Shown piece by piece: positions 25,769 through 39,300 of a stretch of 64,000 nt of DNA. This stretch comes from the human T2T-CHM13v2.0 reference genome, Homo sapiens, in NCBI RefSeq assembly GCF_009914755.1, contig NC_060935.1; one strand, written 5' to 3'. The notes under the pieces were generated by a model. It worked only from the letters and a program-made list of their open reading frames with translations. It did no database searches and had not been told where the DNA came from. Numbering within the stretch: position 1 is the first letter of the stretch; each line of letters begins with the position of its first letter. The position numbers and the translations under genes are program-made.

Positions 25769-28700
25769 ATTGCATTCGACTCACAGAGTTGAACATTCCT
25801 ATAGATAGAGCAGGTTGTAAACAATCTTTTTGTAGAATCTGCGATTGGAGATTTGGACTGCTTTGAGGCCTACTGTAGTAAAGGAAATAACTTCATCTAA
25901 AAACCAAACGGAAGCATTCACAGACAATTCTTAGTGATCATTGCATTGAACTAACAGAGCTGAACATTCCTTTAGATGGCGCAGTTTCCAAACACACTTT
26001 CTGTAGAATCTGCAAGTGGATATTTGGACCTCTCTGAGGATTTCGTTGGAAACGGGATAAACTTCCCAGAACTACACGGAAGCATTCTGAGAAACTTCTT
26101 TGTGATGTTTGCATTCAACTCACAGAGTTGAACCTTGCTTTCATAGTTCAGCTTTCAAACACTCTTTTTGTAGAATCTGCAAGTGGATATTTGGACCACT
26201 TTGTGGCCTTCCTTCGAAACGGGTATATCTTCACATCAAACCTAGACAGAAGCATTCTCAGAATGTTTCCTGTGATGACTGCATTCAACTCACAGAGGTG
26301 AACAATCCTGCTGATGGAGCAGTTTTGAAACTCTCTTTCTTTGGATTCTGCAAGTGGATATGTGGACCTCTGTGAAGATTTCGTTGGAAACGGGTTCATC
26401 TTCACAGAAAAACTAAACAGAAGCATTCTCAGAAACTGCTTTGTGATGTTTGTGTTCCACTTCAGGAATTGAACTTTCCTCTTGACAGAGCAGCTCTGAA
26501 ACCCTCTTATTCTAGAATCTGCAAGTGGACATTTGGAGGGCTTTGAGGCCTGTGGTGGAAAAGGAAAATCTTCACATAAAAACTAGATGGAAGCATTCTC
26601 AGAAACTACTTTGTGATGATTGCAACGACTCACAGAGTTGAACATTCCTATAGATAGAGCAGGTTGTAAACAATCTTTTTGTAGAGTCTGCGATTGGAGA
26701 TTTGGACTGCTTTGAGGCCTACTGTAGTAAAGGAAATAACTTCATCTAAAAACCAAACGGAGGTATTCAAAGACAATTCTTAGTGATCATTGGATTGAAC
26801 TAACAGAGCTGAACATTAGTTTAGATGGCGCAGTTTCCAAACACACTTTCTGTAGAATCTGCAAGTGGATATTTGGACTTCTCTGAGGATTTCGTTGGAA
26901 ACGGGATAAACTTCCCAGAACTACACGGAAGCATTTTGAGAAACTTCTTTGTGATGTTTTCATTCAACTCACAGAGTTGAAACTTGCTTTCATTGTTCAG
27001 CTTTCAAACACTCTTTTTGTAGAATCTGCAAGTGGATATTTGGACCACTTTGTGGCCTTCCTTCGAAACGGGTATATCTTCACATCAAACCTAGACAGAA
27101 GCATTCTCAGAATGTTTCCTGTGATGACTGCATTCAACTCACAGAGGTGAACAATCCTGTTGATGGAGCAGTTTTGAAACTCTCTTTCTTTGGATTCTGC
27201 AAGTGGATATGTGGACCTCTTTGAAGATTTCGTTGGAAACGGGTTCATCTTCACAGAAAAACTAAACAGAAGCATTCTCAGAAACTGCTTTGTGATGTTT
27301 GTGTTCCACTTCAAGAATTGAACTTTCCTCTTGACAGAGCAGCTCTGAAACCCTCTTTTTCTGGAATCTGCAAGTGGACATTTGGAGGGCTTTGAGGCCT
27401 GTGGTGGAAAAGGAAAATCTTCACATAAAAACTAGATGGAAGCATTCTCAGAAACTACTTTGTGATGATTGCATTCGACTCACAGAGTTGAACATTCCTA
27501 TAGATAGAGCAGGTTGTAAACAATCTTTTTGTAGAATCTGCGATTGGAGATTTGGACTGCTTTGAGGCCTACTGTAGTAAAGGAAATAACTTCATCTAAA
27601 AACCAAACGGAAGCATTCACAGACAATTCTTAGTGATCATTGGATTGAACTAACAGAGCTGAACATTCCTTTAGATGGAGCAGTTTCCAAACACACTTTC
27701 TGTAGAATCTGCAAGTGGATATTTGGACCACTCTGAGGATTTCGTAGGAAACGGGATAAACTTCCCAGAACTACAAGGAAGCATTGTGAGAAACTTCTTT
27801 GTGATGTTTGCATTCAACTCACAGAGTTGATACTTGCTTTCATAGTTCAGCTTTCAAACACTCTTTTTGTAGAATCTGCAAGTGGATATTTGGACCACTT
27901 TGTGGCCTTCCTTCGAAACGGGTATATCTTCACATCAAACCTAGACAGAAGCATTCTCAGAATGTTTCCTGTGATAACTGCATTCAACTCTCAGAGGTGA
28001 ACAATCCTGTTGATGGAGCAGTTTTGAAACTCCCTTTCTTTGGATTCGGCAAGTGGATATGTGGAACTCTGTGAAGATTTCTTTGGAAACGGGTTCATCT
28101 TCAGAGAAAAACTAAACAGGAGCATTCTCAGAAACTGCTTTGTGATGTTTGTGTTCCACTTCAAGAATTGAACTTTCCTCTTGACACAGCAGCTCTGAAA
28201 CCCTCTTTTTCTAGAATCTGCAAGTGGACATTTGGAGGGCTTTGAGGCCTGTGGTGGAAAAGGAAAATCTTCACATAAAAACTAGATGGAAGCATTCTCA
28301 GAAACTACTTTGTGATGATTGCATTCGACTCACAGAGTTGAACATTCCTATAGATAGAGCAGGTTGTAAACAATGTTTTTGTAGAATCTGCGATTGGAGA
28401 TTTGGACTGCTTTGAGGCCTACTGTAGTAAAGGAAATAACTTCATCTAAAAACCAAACGGAAGCATTGACAGACAATTCTTAGTGATCATTGGATTGAAC
28501 TAACAGAGCTGAACATTCCTTTAGATGGCGCAGTTTCCAAACACACTTTCTGTAGAATCTGCAAGTGGATATTTGGACCTCTCTGAGGATTTCGTTGGAA
28601 ACGGGATAAACTTCCCAGAACTACACGGAAGCATTCTGAGAAACTTCTTTGTGATGTTTGCATTCAACTCACAGAGTTGAACCTTGCTTTCATAGTTCAG

Positions 28701-31536
28701 CTTTCAAACACTCTTTTTGTAGAATCTGCAAGTGGATATTTGGACCACTTTGTGGCCTTCCTTCGAAACGGGTATATCTTCACATCAAACCTAGACAGAA
28801 GCATTCTCAGAATGTTTCCTGTGATGACTGCATTCAACTCACAGAGGTGAACAATCCTGCTGATGGAGCAGTTTTGAAACTCTCTTTCTTTGGATTCTGC
28901 AAGTGGATATGTGGACCTCTGTGAAGATTTCGTTGGAAACGGGTTCATCTTCACAGAAAAACTAAACAGGAGCATTCTCAGAAACTGCTTTGTGATGTTT
29001 GTGTTCCACTTCAAGAATTGAACTTTCCTCTTGATAGAGCAGCTCTGAAACCCTCTTTTTCTAGAATCTGCAAGTGGACATTTGGAGGGCTTCGTAGCCT
29101 GTGGTGGAAAAGGATAATCTTCACATAAAAACTAGATGTAAGCATTCTCAGAAACTACTTTGTGATGATTGCATTCGACTCCCAGAGTTGAACATTCCTA
29201 TAGATAGAGCAGGTTGTAAACAATCTTTTTGTAGAATCTGCGATTGGAGATTTGGACTGCTTTGAGGCCTACTGTAGTAAAGGAAATAACTTCATCTAAA
29301 AACCAAACGGAGGTATTCAAAGACAATTCTTAGTGATCATTGGATTGAACTAACAGAGCTGAACATTAGTTTAGATGGCGCAGTTTCCAAACACACTTTC
29401 TGTAGAATCTGCAAGTGGATATTTGGACTTCTCTGAGGATTTCGTTGGAAACGGGATAAACTTCCCAGAACTACACGGAAGCATTCTGAGAAACATCTTT
29501 GTGATGTTTGCATTCAACTCACAGAGTTGAAACTTGCTTTCATTGTTCAGCTTTCAAACACTCTTTTTGTAGAATCTGCAAGTGGATATTTGGACCACTT
29601 TGTGGCCTTCCTTCGAAACGGGTATATCTTCACATCAAACCTAGACAGAAGCATTCTCAGAATGTTTCCTGTGATGACTGCATTCAACTCACAGAGGTGA
29701 ACAATCCTGTTGATGGAGCAGTTTTGAAACTCTCTTTCTTTGGATTCTGCAAGTGGATATGTGGACCTCTTTGAAGATTTCGTTGGAAACGTGTTCATCT
29801 TCACAGAAAAACTAAACAGAAGCATTCTCAGAAACTGCTTTGTGATGTTTGTGTTCCACTTCAAGAATTGAACTTTCCTCTTGACAGAGCAGCTCTGAAA
29901 CCCTCTTTTTCTAGAATCTGCAAGTGGACATTTGGAGGGCTTTGAGGCCTGTGGTGGAAAAGGAAAATCTTCACATAAAAACTAGATGGAAGCATTCTCA
30001 GAAACTACTTTGTGATGATTGCATTCGACTCACAGAGTTGAACATTCCTATAGATAGAGCAGGTTGTAAACAAACTTTTTGTAGAATCTGTGATTGGAGA
30101 TTTGGACTGCTTTGAGGCCTACTGTAGTAAAGGAAATAACTTCATCTAAAAACCAAACGGAAGCATTCACAGACAATTCTTAGTGATCATTGCATTGAAC
30201 TAACAGAGCTGAACATTCCTTTAGATGGAGCAGTTTACAAACACACTTTATGTAGAATCTGCAAGTGGATATTTGGACCTCTCTGAGGATTTCGTTGGAA
30301 ACGGGATAAACTTCCCAGAACTACACGGAAGCATTGTGAGAAACTTCTTTGTGATGTTTGTATTCAACTCACAGAGTTGAACCTTGCTTTCATAGTTCAG
30401 CTTTCAAACACTCTTTTTGTAGAATCTGCAAGTGGATATTTGGACCACTTTGTGGCCTTCCTTCGAAACGGGTATATCTTCACATCAAACCTAGACAGAA
30501 GCATTCTCAGAATGTTTCCTGTGATAACTGCATTCAACTCACAGAGGTGAACAATCCTGTTGATGGAGCAGTTTTGAATCTCCCTTTGCTTGGATTCTGC
30601 AAGTGGATATGTGGAACTCTGTGAAGATTTCGTTGGAAACGGGTTCATCTTCACAGAAAAACTAAACAGAAGCATTCTCAGAAACTGCTTTGTGATGTTT
30701 GTGTTCCACTTCAAGAATTGAACTTTCCTCTTGACCGAGCAGCTCTGAAACCCTCTTTTTCTAGAATCTGCAAGTGGACATTTGGAGGGCTTTGAGGCCT
30801 GTGGTGGAAAAGGAAAATCTTCCCATAAAAACTAGATGGAAGCATTCTCAGAAACTACTTTGTGATGATTGCATTCGACTGACAGAGTTGATCATTCCTA
30901 TAGATAGAGCAGGTTGTAAACAATCTTTTGTAGAATCTGCGATTGGAGATTTGGACTGCTTTGAGGCCTACTGTAGTAAAGGAAATAACTTCATCTAAAA
31001 ACCAAACGGAGGTATTCAAAGACAATACTTAGTGATCATTGGATTGAACTAACAGAGCTGAAAATTAGTTTAGATGGCGCAGTTTCCAAACACACTTTCT
31101 GTAGAATCTGCAAGTGGATATTTGGACTTCTCTGAGGATTTCGTTGGAAACGGGATAAACTTCCCAGAACTACACGGCAGCATTCTGAGAAACTTCTTTG
31201 TGATGTTTGCATTCAACTCACAGAGTTGAAACTTGCTTTCATAGTTTAGCTTTCAAACACTCTTTTTGTAGAATCTGCAAGTGGATATTTGGACCACTTT
31301 GTGGCCTTCATTCGAAACGGGTATATCTTCACATCAAACCTAGACAGAAGCATTCTCAGAATGTTTCCTGTGATGACTGCATTCAACTCACAGAGGTGAA
31401 CAATCCTGTTGATGGAGCAGTTTTGAAACTCTCTTTCTTTGGATTCTGCAAGTGGATATGTGGACCTCTGTGAAGATTTCGTTGGAAACGGGTTCATCTT
31501 CACAGAAAAACTAAACAGAAGCATTCTCAGAAACTG

Positions 31537-31886
31537 CTTTGTGATGTTTGTGTTCCACTTCAAGAATTGAACTTTCCTCTTGACAGAGCAGCTCTGAAAC
31601 CCTCTTTTTCTAGAATCTGCAAGTGGACATTTGGAGGGCTTTGAGGTCTGTGGTGGAAAAGGAAAATCTTCACATAAAAACTAGATGGAAGCATTCTCAG
31701 AAACTACTTTGTGATGTTTGTGTTCCACTTCAAGAATTGAACTTTCCTCTTGACAGAGCAGCTCTGAAACCCTCTTTTTCTAGAATCTGCAAGTGGACAT
31801 TTGGAGGGCTTTGAGGCCTGTGGTGGAAAAGGAAAATCTTCACATAAAAACTAGATGGAAGCATTCTCAGAAACTACTTTGTGATG
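31537..31886 (+). repeat. 6-monomer HOR structural variant, copy 2
   Basis: Same hybrid junction at 31707-31716. ORF anchors 31623 and 31793 are 170 bp apart. It lies exactly 6,118 bp from copy 1. Confidence 0.96.
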
Positions 31887-34800
31887 ATTGCATTCGACTC
31901 ACAGAGTTGAACATTCCTATAGATAGAGCAGGTTGTAAACAATCTTTTTGTAGAATCTGCGATTGGAGATTTGGACTGCTTTGAGGCCTACTGTAGTAAA
32001 GGAAATAACTTCATCTAAAAACCAAACGGAAGCATTCACAGATAATTCTTAGTGATCATTGCATTGAACTAACAGAGCTGAACATTCCTTTAGATGGCGC
32101 AGTTTCCAAACACACTTTCTGTAGAATCTGCAAGTGGATATTTGGACCTCTCTGAGGATTTCGTTGGAAACGGGATAAACTTCCCAGAACTACACGGAAG
32201 CATTCTGAGAAACTTCTTTGTGATGTTTGCATTCAACTCACAGAGTTGAACCTTGCTTTCATAGTTCAGCTTTCAAACACTCTTTTTGTAGAATCTGCAA
32301 GTGGATATTTGGACCACTTTGTGGCCTTCCTTCGAAACGGGTATATCTTCACATCAAACCTAGACAGAAGCATTCTCAGAATGTTTCCTGTGATGACTGC
32401 ATTCAACTCACAGAGGTGAACAATCCTGCTGATGGAGCAGTTTTGAAACTCTCTTTCTTTGGATTCTGCAAGTGGATATGTGGACCTCTGTGAAGATTTC
32501 GTTGGAAACGGGTTCATCTTCACAGAAAAACTAAACAGAAGCATTCTCAGAAACTGCTTTGTGATGTTTGTGTTCCACTTCAGGAATTGAACTTTCCTCT
32601 TGACAGAGCAGCTCTGAAACCCTCTTATTCTAGAATCTGCAAGTGGACATTTGGAGGGCTTTGAGGCCTGTGGTGGAAAAGGAAAATCTTCACATAAAAA
32701 CTAGATGGAAGCATTCTCAGAAACTACTTTGTGATGATTGCAACGACTCACAGAGTTGAACATTCCTATAGATAGAGCAGGTTGTAAACAATCTTTTTGT
32801 AGAGTCTGCGATTGGAGATTTGGACTGCTTTGAGGCCTACTGTAGTAAAGGAAATAACTTCATCTAAAAACCAAACGGAGGTATTCAAAGACAATTCTTA
32901 GTGATCATTGGATTGAACTAACAGAGCTGAACATTAGTTTAGATGGCGCAGTTTCCAAACACACTTTCTGTAGAATCTGCAAGTGGATATTTGGACTTCT
33001 CTGAGGATTTCGTTGGAAACGGGATAAACTTCCCAGAACTACACGGAAGCATTTTGAGAAACTTCTTTGTGATGTTTTCATTCAACTCACAGAGTTGAAA
33101 CTTGCTTTCATTGTTCAGCTTTCAAACACTCTTTTTGTAGAATCTGCAAGTGGATATTTGGACCACTTTGTGGCCTTCCTTCGAAACGGGTATATCTTCA
33201 CATCAAACCTAGACAGAAGCATTCTCAGAATGTTTCCTGTGATGACTGCATTCAACTCACAGAGGTGAACAATCCTGTTGATGGAGCAGTTTTGAAACTC
33301 TCTTTCTTTGGATTCTGCAAGTGGATATGTGGACCTCTTTGAAGATTTCGTTGGAAACGGGTTCATCTTCACAGAAAAACTAAACAGAAGCATTCTCAGA
33401 AACTGCTTTGTGATGTTTGTGTTCCACTTCAAGAATTGAACTTTCCTCTTGACAGAGCAGCTCTGAAACCCTCTTTTTCTGGAATCTGCAAGTGGACATT
33501 TGGAGGGCTTTGAGGCCTGTGGTGGAAAAGGAAAATCTTCACATAAAAACTAGATGGAAGCATTCTCAGAAACTACTTTGTGATGATTGCATTCGACTCA
33601 CAGAGTTGAACATTCCTATAGATAGAGCAGGTTGTAAACAATCTTTTTGTAGAATCTGCGATTGGAGATTTGGACTGCTTTGAGGCCTACTGTAGTAAAG
33701 GAAATAACTTCATCTAAAAACCAAACGGAAGCATTCACAGACAATTCTTAGTGATCATTGGATTGAACTAACAGAGCTGAACATTCCTTTAGATGGAGCA
33801 GTTTCCAAACACACTTTCTGTAGAATCTGCAAGTGGATATTTGGACCACTCTGAGGATTTCGTAGGAAACGGGATAAACTTCCCAGAACTACAAGGAAGC
33901 ATTGTGAGAAACTTCTTTGTGATGTTTGCATTCAACTCACAGAGTTGATACTTGCTTTCATAGTTCAGCTTTCAAACACTCTTTTTGTAGAATCTGCAAG
34001 TGGATATTTGGACCACTTTGTGGCCTTCCTTCGAAACGGGTATATCTTCACATCAAACCTAGACAGAAGCATTCTCAGAATGTTTCCTGTGATAACTGCA
34101 TTCAACTCTCAGAGGTGAACAATCCTGTTGATGGAGCAGTTTTGAAACTCCCTTTCTTTGGATTCGGCAAGTGGATATGTGGAACTCTGTGAAGATTTCT
34201 TTGGAAACGGGTTCATCTTCAGAGAAAAACTAAACAGGAGCATTCTCAGAAACTGCTTTGTGATGTTTGTGTTCCACTTCAAGAATTGAACTTTCCTCTT
34301 GACACAGCAGCTCTGAAACCCTCTTTTTCTAGAATCTGCAAGTGGACATTTGGAGGGCTTTGAGGCCTGTGGTGGAAAAGGAAAATCTTCACATAAAAAC
34401 TAGATGGAAGCATTCTCAGAAACTACTTTGTGATGATTGCATTCGACTCACAGAGTTGAACATTCCTATAGATAGAGCAGGTTGTAAACAATGTTTTTGT
34501 AGAATCTGCGATTGGAGATTTGGACTGCTTTGAGGCCTACTGTAGTAAAGGAAATAACTTCATCTAAAAACCAAACGGAAGCATTGACAGACAATTCTTA
34601 GTGATCATTGGATTGAACTAACAGAGCTGAACATTCCTTTAGATGGCGCAGTTTCCAAACACACTTTCTGTAGAATCTGCAAGTGGATATTTGGACCTCT
34701 CTGAGGATTTCGTTGGAAACGGGATAAACTTCCCAGAACTACACGGAAGCATTCTGAGAAACTTCTTTGTGATGTTTGCATTCAACTCACAGAGTTGAAC

Positions 34801-36338
34801 CTTGCTTTCATAGTTCAGCTTTCAAACACTCTTTTTGTAGAATCTGCAAGTGGATATTTGGACCACTTTGTGGCCTTCCTTCGAAACGGGTATATCTTCA
34901 CATCAAACCTAGACAGAAGCATTCTCAGAATGTTTCCTGTGATGACTGCATTCAACTCACAGAGGTGAACAATCCTGCTGATGGAGCAGTTTTGAAACTC
35001 TCTTTCTTTGGATTCTGCAAGTGGATATGTGGACCTCTGTGAAGATTTCGTTGGAAACGGGTTCATCTTCACAGAAAAACTAAACAGGAGCATTCTCAGA
35101 AACTGCTTTGTGATGTTTGTGTTCCACTTCAAGAATTGAACTTTCCTCTTGATAGAGCAGCTCTGAAACCCTCTTTTTCTAGAATCTGCAAGTGGACATT
35201 TGGAGGGCTTCGTAGCCTGTGGTGGAAAAGGAAAATCTTCACATAAAAACTAGATGTAAGCATTCTCAGAAACTACTTTGTGATGATTGCATTCGACTCC
35301 CAGAGTTGAACATTCCTATAGATAGAGCAGGTTGTAAACAATCTTTTTGTAGAATCTGCGATTGGAGATTTGGACTGCTTTGAGGCCTACTGTAGTAAAG
35401 GAAATAACTTCATCTAAAAACCAAACGGAAGCATTCACAGACAATTCTTAGTGATCATTGGATTGAACTAACAGAGCTGAACATTCCTTTAGATGGCGCA
35501 GTTTCCAAACACACTTTCTGTAGAATATGCAAGTGGATATTTGGACTTCTCTGAGGATTTCGTTGGAAACGGGATAAACTTCCCAGAACTACACGGAAGC
35601 ATTCTGAGAAACTTCTTTGTGATGTTTGCATTCAACTCACAGAGTTGAACCTTGCTTTCATAGTTCAGCTTTCAAACACTCTTTTTGTAGAATCTGCAAG
35701 TGGATATTTGGACCACTTTGTGGCCTTCCTTCGAAACGGGTATATCTTCACATCAAACCTAGACAGAAGCATTCTCAGAATGTTTCCTGTGATGACTGCA
35801 TTCAACTCACAGAGGTGAACAATCCTGCTGATGGAGCAGTTTTGAAACTCTCTTTCTTTGGATTCTGCAAGTGGATATGTGGACCTCTGTGAAGATTTCG
35901 TTGGAAATGGGTTCATCTTCACAGAAAAACTAAACAGGAGCATTCTCAGAAACTGCTTTGTGATGTTTGTGTTCCACTTCAAGAATTGAACTTTCCTCTT
36001 GACAGAGCAGCTCTGAAACCCTCTTTTTCTAGAATCTGCAAGTGGACATTTGGAGGGCTTTGAGGCCTGTGGTGGAAAAGGAAAATCTTCACATAAAAAC
36101 TAGATGGAAGCATTCTCAGAAACTACTTTGTGATGATTGCATTCGACTCACAGAGTTGAACATTCCTATAGATAGAGCAGGTTGTAAACAATCTTTTTGT
36201 AGAATCTGCGATTGGAGATTTGGACTGCTTTGAGGCCTACTGTAGTAAAGGAAATAACTTCATCTAAAAACCAAACGGAAGCATTCACAGACAATTCATA
36301 GTGATCATTGGATTGAACTAACAGAGCTGAACATTCCT

Positions 36339-39300
36339 TTAGATGGCGCAGTTTCCAAACACACTTTCTGTAGAATCTGCAAGTGGATATTTGGACCTCT
36401 CTGAGGATTTCGTTGGAAACGGGATAAACTTCCCAGAACTACACGGAAGCATTCTGAGAAACTTCTTTGTGATGTTTGCATTCAACTCACAGAGTTGAAC
36501 CTTGCTTTCATAGTTCAGCTTTCAAACACTCTTTTTGTAGAATCTGCAAGTGGATATTTGGACCACTTTGTGGCCTTCCTTCGAAACGGGTATATCTTCA
36601 CATCAAACCTAGACAGAAGCATTCTCAGAATGTTTCCTGTGATGACTGCATTCAACTCACAGAGGTGAACAATCCTGCTGATGCAGCAGTTTTGAAACTC
36701 TCTTTCTTTGGATTCTGCAAGTGGATATGTGGACCTCTGTGAAGATTTCGTTGGAAACGGGTTCATCTTCACAGAAAAACTAAACAGGAGCATTCTCAGA
36801 AACTGCTTTGTGATGTTTGTGTTCCACTTCAAGAATTGAACTTTCCTCTTGATAGAGCAGCTCTGAAACCCTCTTTTTCTAGAATCTGCAAGTGGACATT
36901 TGGAGGGCTTCGAGGCCTGTGGTGGAAAAGGAAAATCTTCACATAAAAACTAGATGTAAGCATTCTCAGAAACTATTTTGTGATGATTGCATTCGACTCA
37001 CAGAGTTGAACATTCCTATAGATAGAGCAGGTTGTAAACAATCTTTTTGTAGAATCTGCGATTGGAGATTTGGACTGCTTTGAGGCCTACTGTAGTAAAG
37101 GAAATAACTTCATCTAAAAACCAAACGGAAGCATTCACAGACAATTCTTAGTGATCATTGGATTGAACTAACAGAGCTGAACATTCCTTTAGATGGAGCA
37201 GTTTCCAAACACACTTTCTGTAGAATCTGCAAGTGGATATTTGGACCTCTCTGAGGATTTCGTTGGAAACGGGATAAACTTCCCAGAACTACACGGAAGT
37301 ATTCTGAGAAACTTCTTTGTGATGTTTGCATTCAACTCACAGAGTTGAACCTTGCTTTCATAGTTCAGCTTTCAAACACTCTTTTTGTAGAATCTGCAAG
37401 TGGATATTTGGACCACTTTGTGGCCTTCCTTCGAAACGGGTATATCTTCACATCAAACCTAGACAGAAGCATTCTCAGAATGTTTCCTGTGATGACTGCA
37501 TTCAACTCACAGAGGTGGACAATCCTGCTGATGGAGCAGTTTTGAAACTCTCTTTCTTTGGATTCTGCAAGTGGATATGTGGACCTCTGTGAAGATTTCG
37601 TTGGAAACGGGTTCATCTTCACAGAAAAACTAAACAGGAGCATTCTCAGAAACTGCTTTGTGATGTTTGTGTTCCACTTCAGGAATTGAACTTTCCTCTT
37701 GACAGAGCAGCTCTGAAACCCTCTTTTTCTAGAATCTGCAAGTGGACATTTGGAGGGCTTTGAGGCCTGTGGTGGAAAAGGAAAATCTTCACATAAAAAC
37801 TAGATGGAAGCATTCTCAGAAACTACTTTGTGATGATTGCATTCGACTCACAGAGTTGAACATTCCTATAGATAGAGCAGGTTGTAAACAATCTTTTTGT
37901 AGAATCTGCGATTGGAGATTTGGACTGCTTTGAGGCCTACTGCAGTAAAGGAAAGAACTTCATCTAAAAACCAAACGGAAGCATTCACAGACAATTCTTA
38001 GTGATCATTGGATTGAACTAAGAGAGCTGAACATTCCCTTAGATGGCGCAGTTTCCAAACACACTTTCTGTAGAATCTGCAAGTGGATATTTGGACCTCT
38101 CTGAGGATTTCGTTGGAAACGGGATAAACTTCCCAGAACTACACGGAAGCATTCTGAGAAACTTCTTTGTGATGTTTGCATTCAACTCACAGAGTTGAAC
38201 CTTGCTTTCATAGTTCAGCTTTCAAACACTCTTTTTGTAGAATCTGCAAGTGGATATTTGGACCACTTTGTGGCCTTCCTTCGAAACGGGTATATCTTCA
38301 CATCAAACCTAGACAGAACCATTCTCAGAATGTTTCCTGTGATGACTGCATTCAACTCACAGAGGTGAACAATCCTGCTGATGCAGCAGTTTTGAAACTC
38401 TCTTTCTTTGGATTCTGCAAGTGGATATGTGGACCTCTGTGAAGATTTCGTTGGAAACGTGTTCATCTTCACAGAAAAACTAAACAGGAGCATTCTCAGA
38501 AACTGCTTTGTGATGTTTGTGTTCCACTTCAAGAATTGAACTTTCCTCTTGATAGAGCAGCTCTGAAACCCTCTTTTTCTAGAATCTGCAAGTGGACATT
38601 TGGAGGGCTTCGAGGCCTGTGGTGGAAAAGGAAAATCTTCACATAAAAACTAGATGTAAGCATTCTCAGAAACTACTTTGTGATGATTGCATTCGACTCA
38701 CAGAGTTGAAAATTCCTATAGATAGAGCAGGTTGTAAACAATCTTTTTGTAGAATCTGCGATTGGAGATTTGGACTGCTTTGAGGCCTACTGTAGTAAAG
38801 GAAATAACTTCATCTAAAAACCAAACGGAAGCATTCACAGACAATTCTTAGTGATCATTGGATTGAACTAACAGAGCTGAACATTCCTTTAGATGGAGCA
38901 GTTTCCAAACACACTTTCTGTAGAATCTGCAAGTGGATATTTGGACCTCTCTGAGGATTTCGTTGGAAACGGGATAAACTTCCCAGAACTACACGGAAGT
39001 ATTCTGAGAAACTTCTTTGTGATGTTTGCATTCAACTCACAGAGTTGAACCTTGCTTTCATAGTTCAGCTTTCAAACACTCTTTTTGTAGAATCTGCAAG
39101 TGGATATTTGGACCACTTTGTGGCCTTCCTTCGAAACGGGTATATCTTCACATCAAACCTAGACAGAAGCATTCTCAGAATGTTTCCTGTGATGACTGCA
39201 TTCAACTCACAGAGGTGGACAATCCTGCTGATGGAGCAGTTTTGAAACTCTCTTTCTTTGGATTCTGCAAGTGGATATGTGGACCTCTGTGAAGATTTCG

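Larger units (their letters stand above)
23119..35429 (+). repeat. Tandem duplication of a 36-monomer block (7 HORs + 1 monomer), period 6,118 bp
   Basis: Variant-bearing ORFs pair as 23390/29508, 23806/29924, 24240/30358, 24656/30774, 25089/31207, 25505/31623, 27808/33926 and 28224/34342. Length check: 7x850+170-2 = 6118. Confidence 0.96.
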
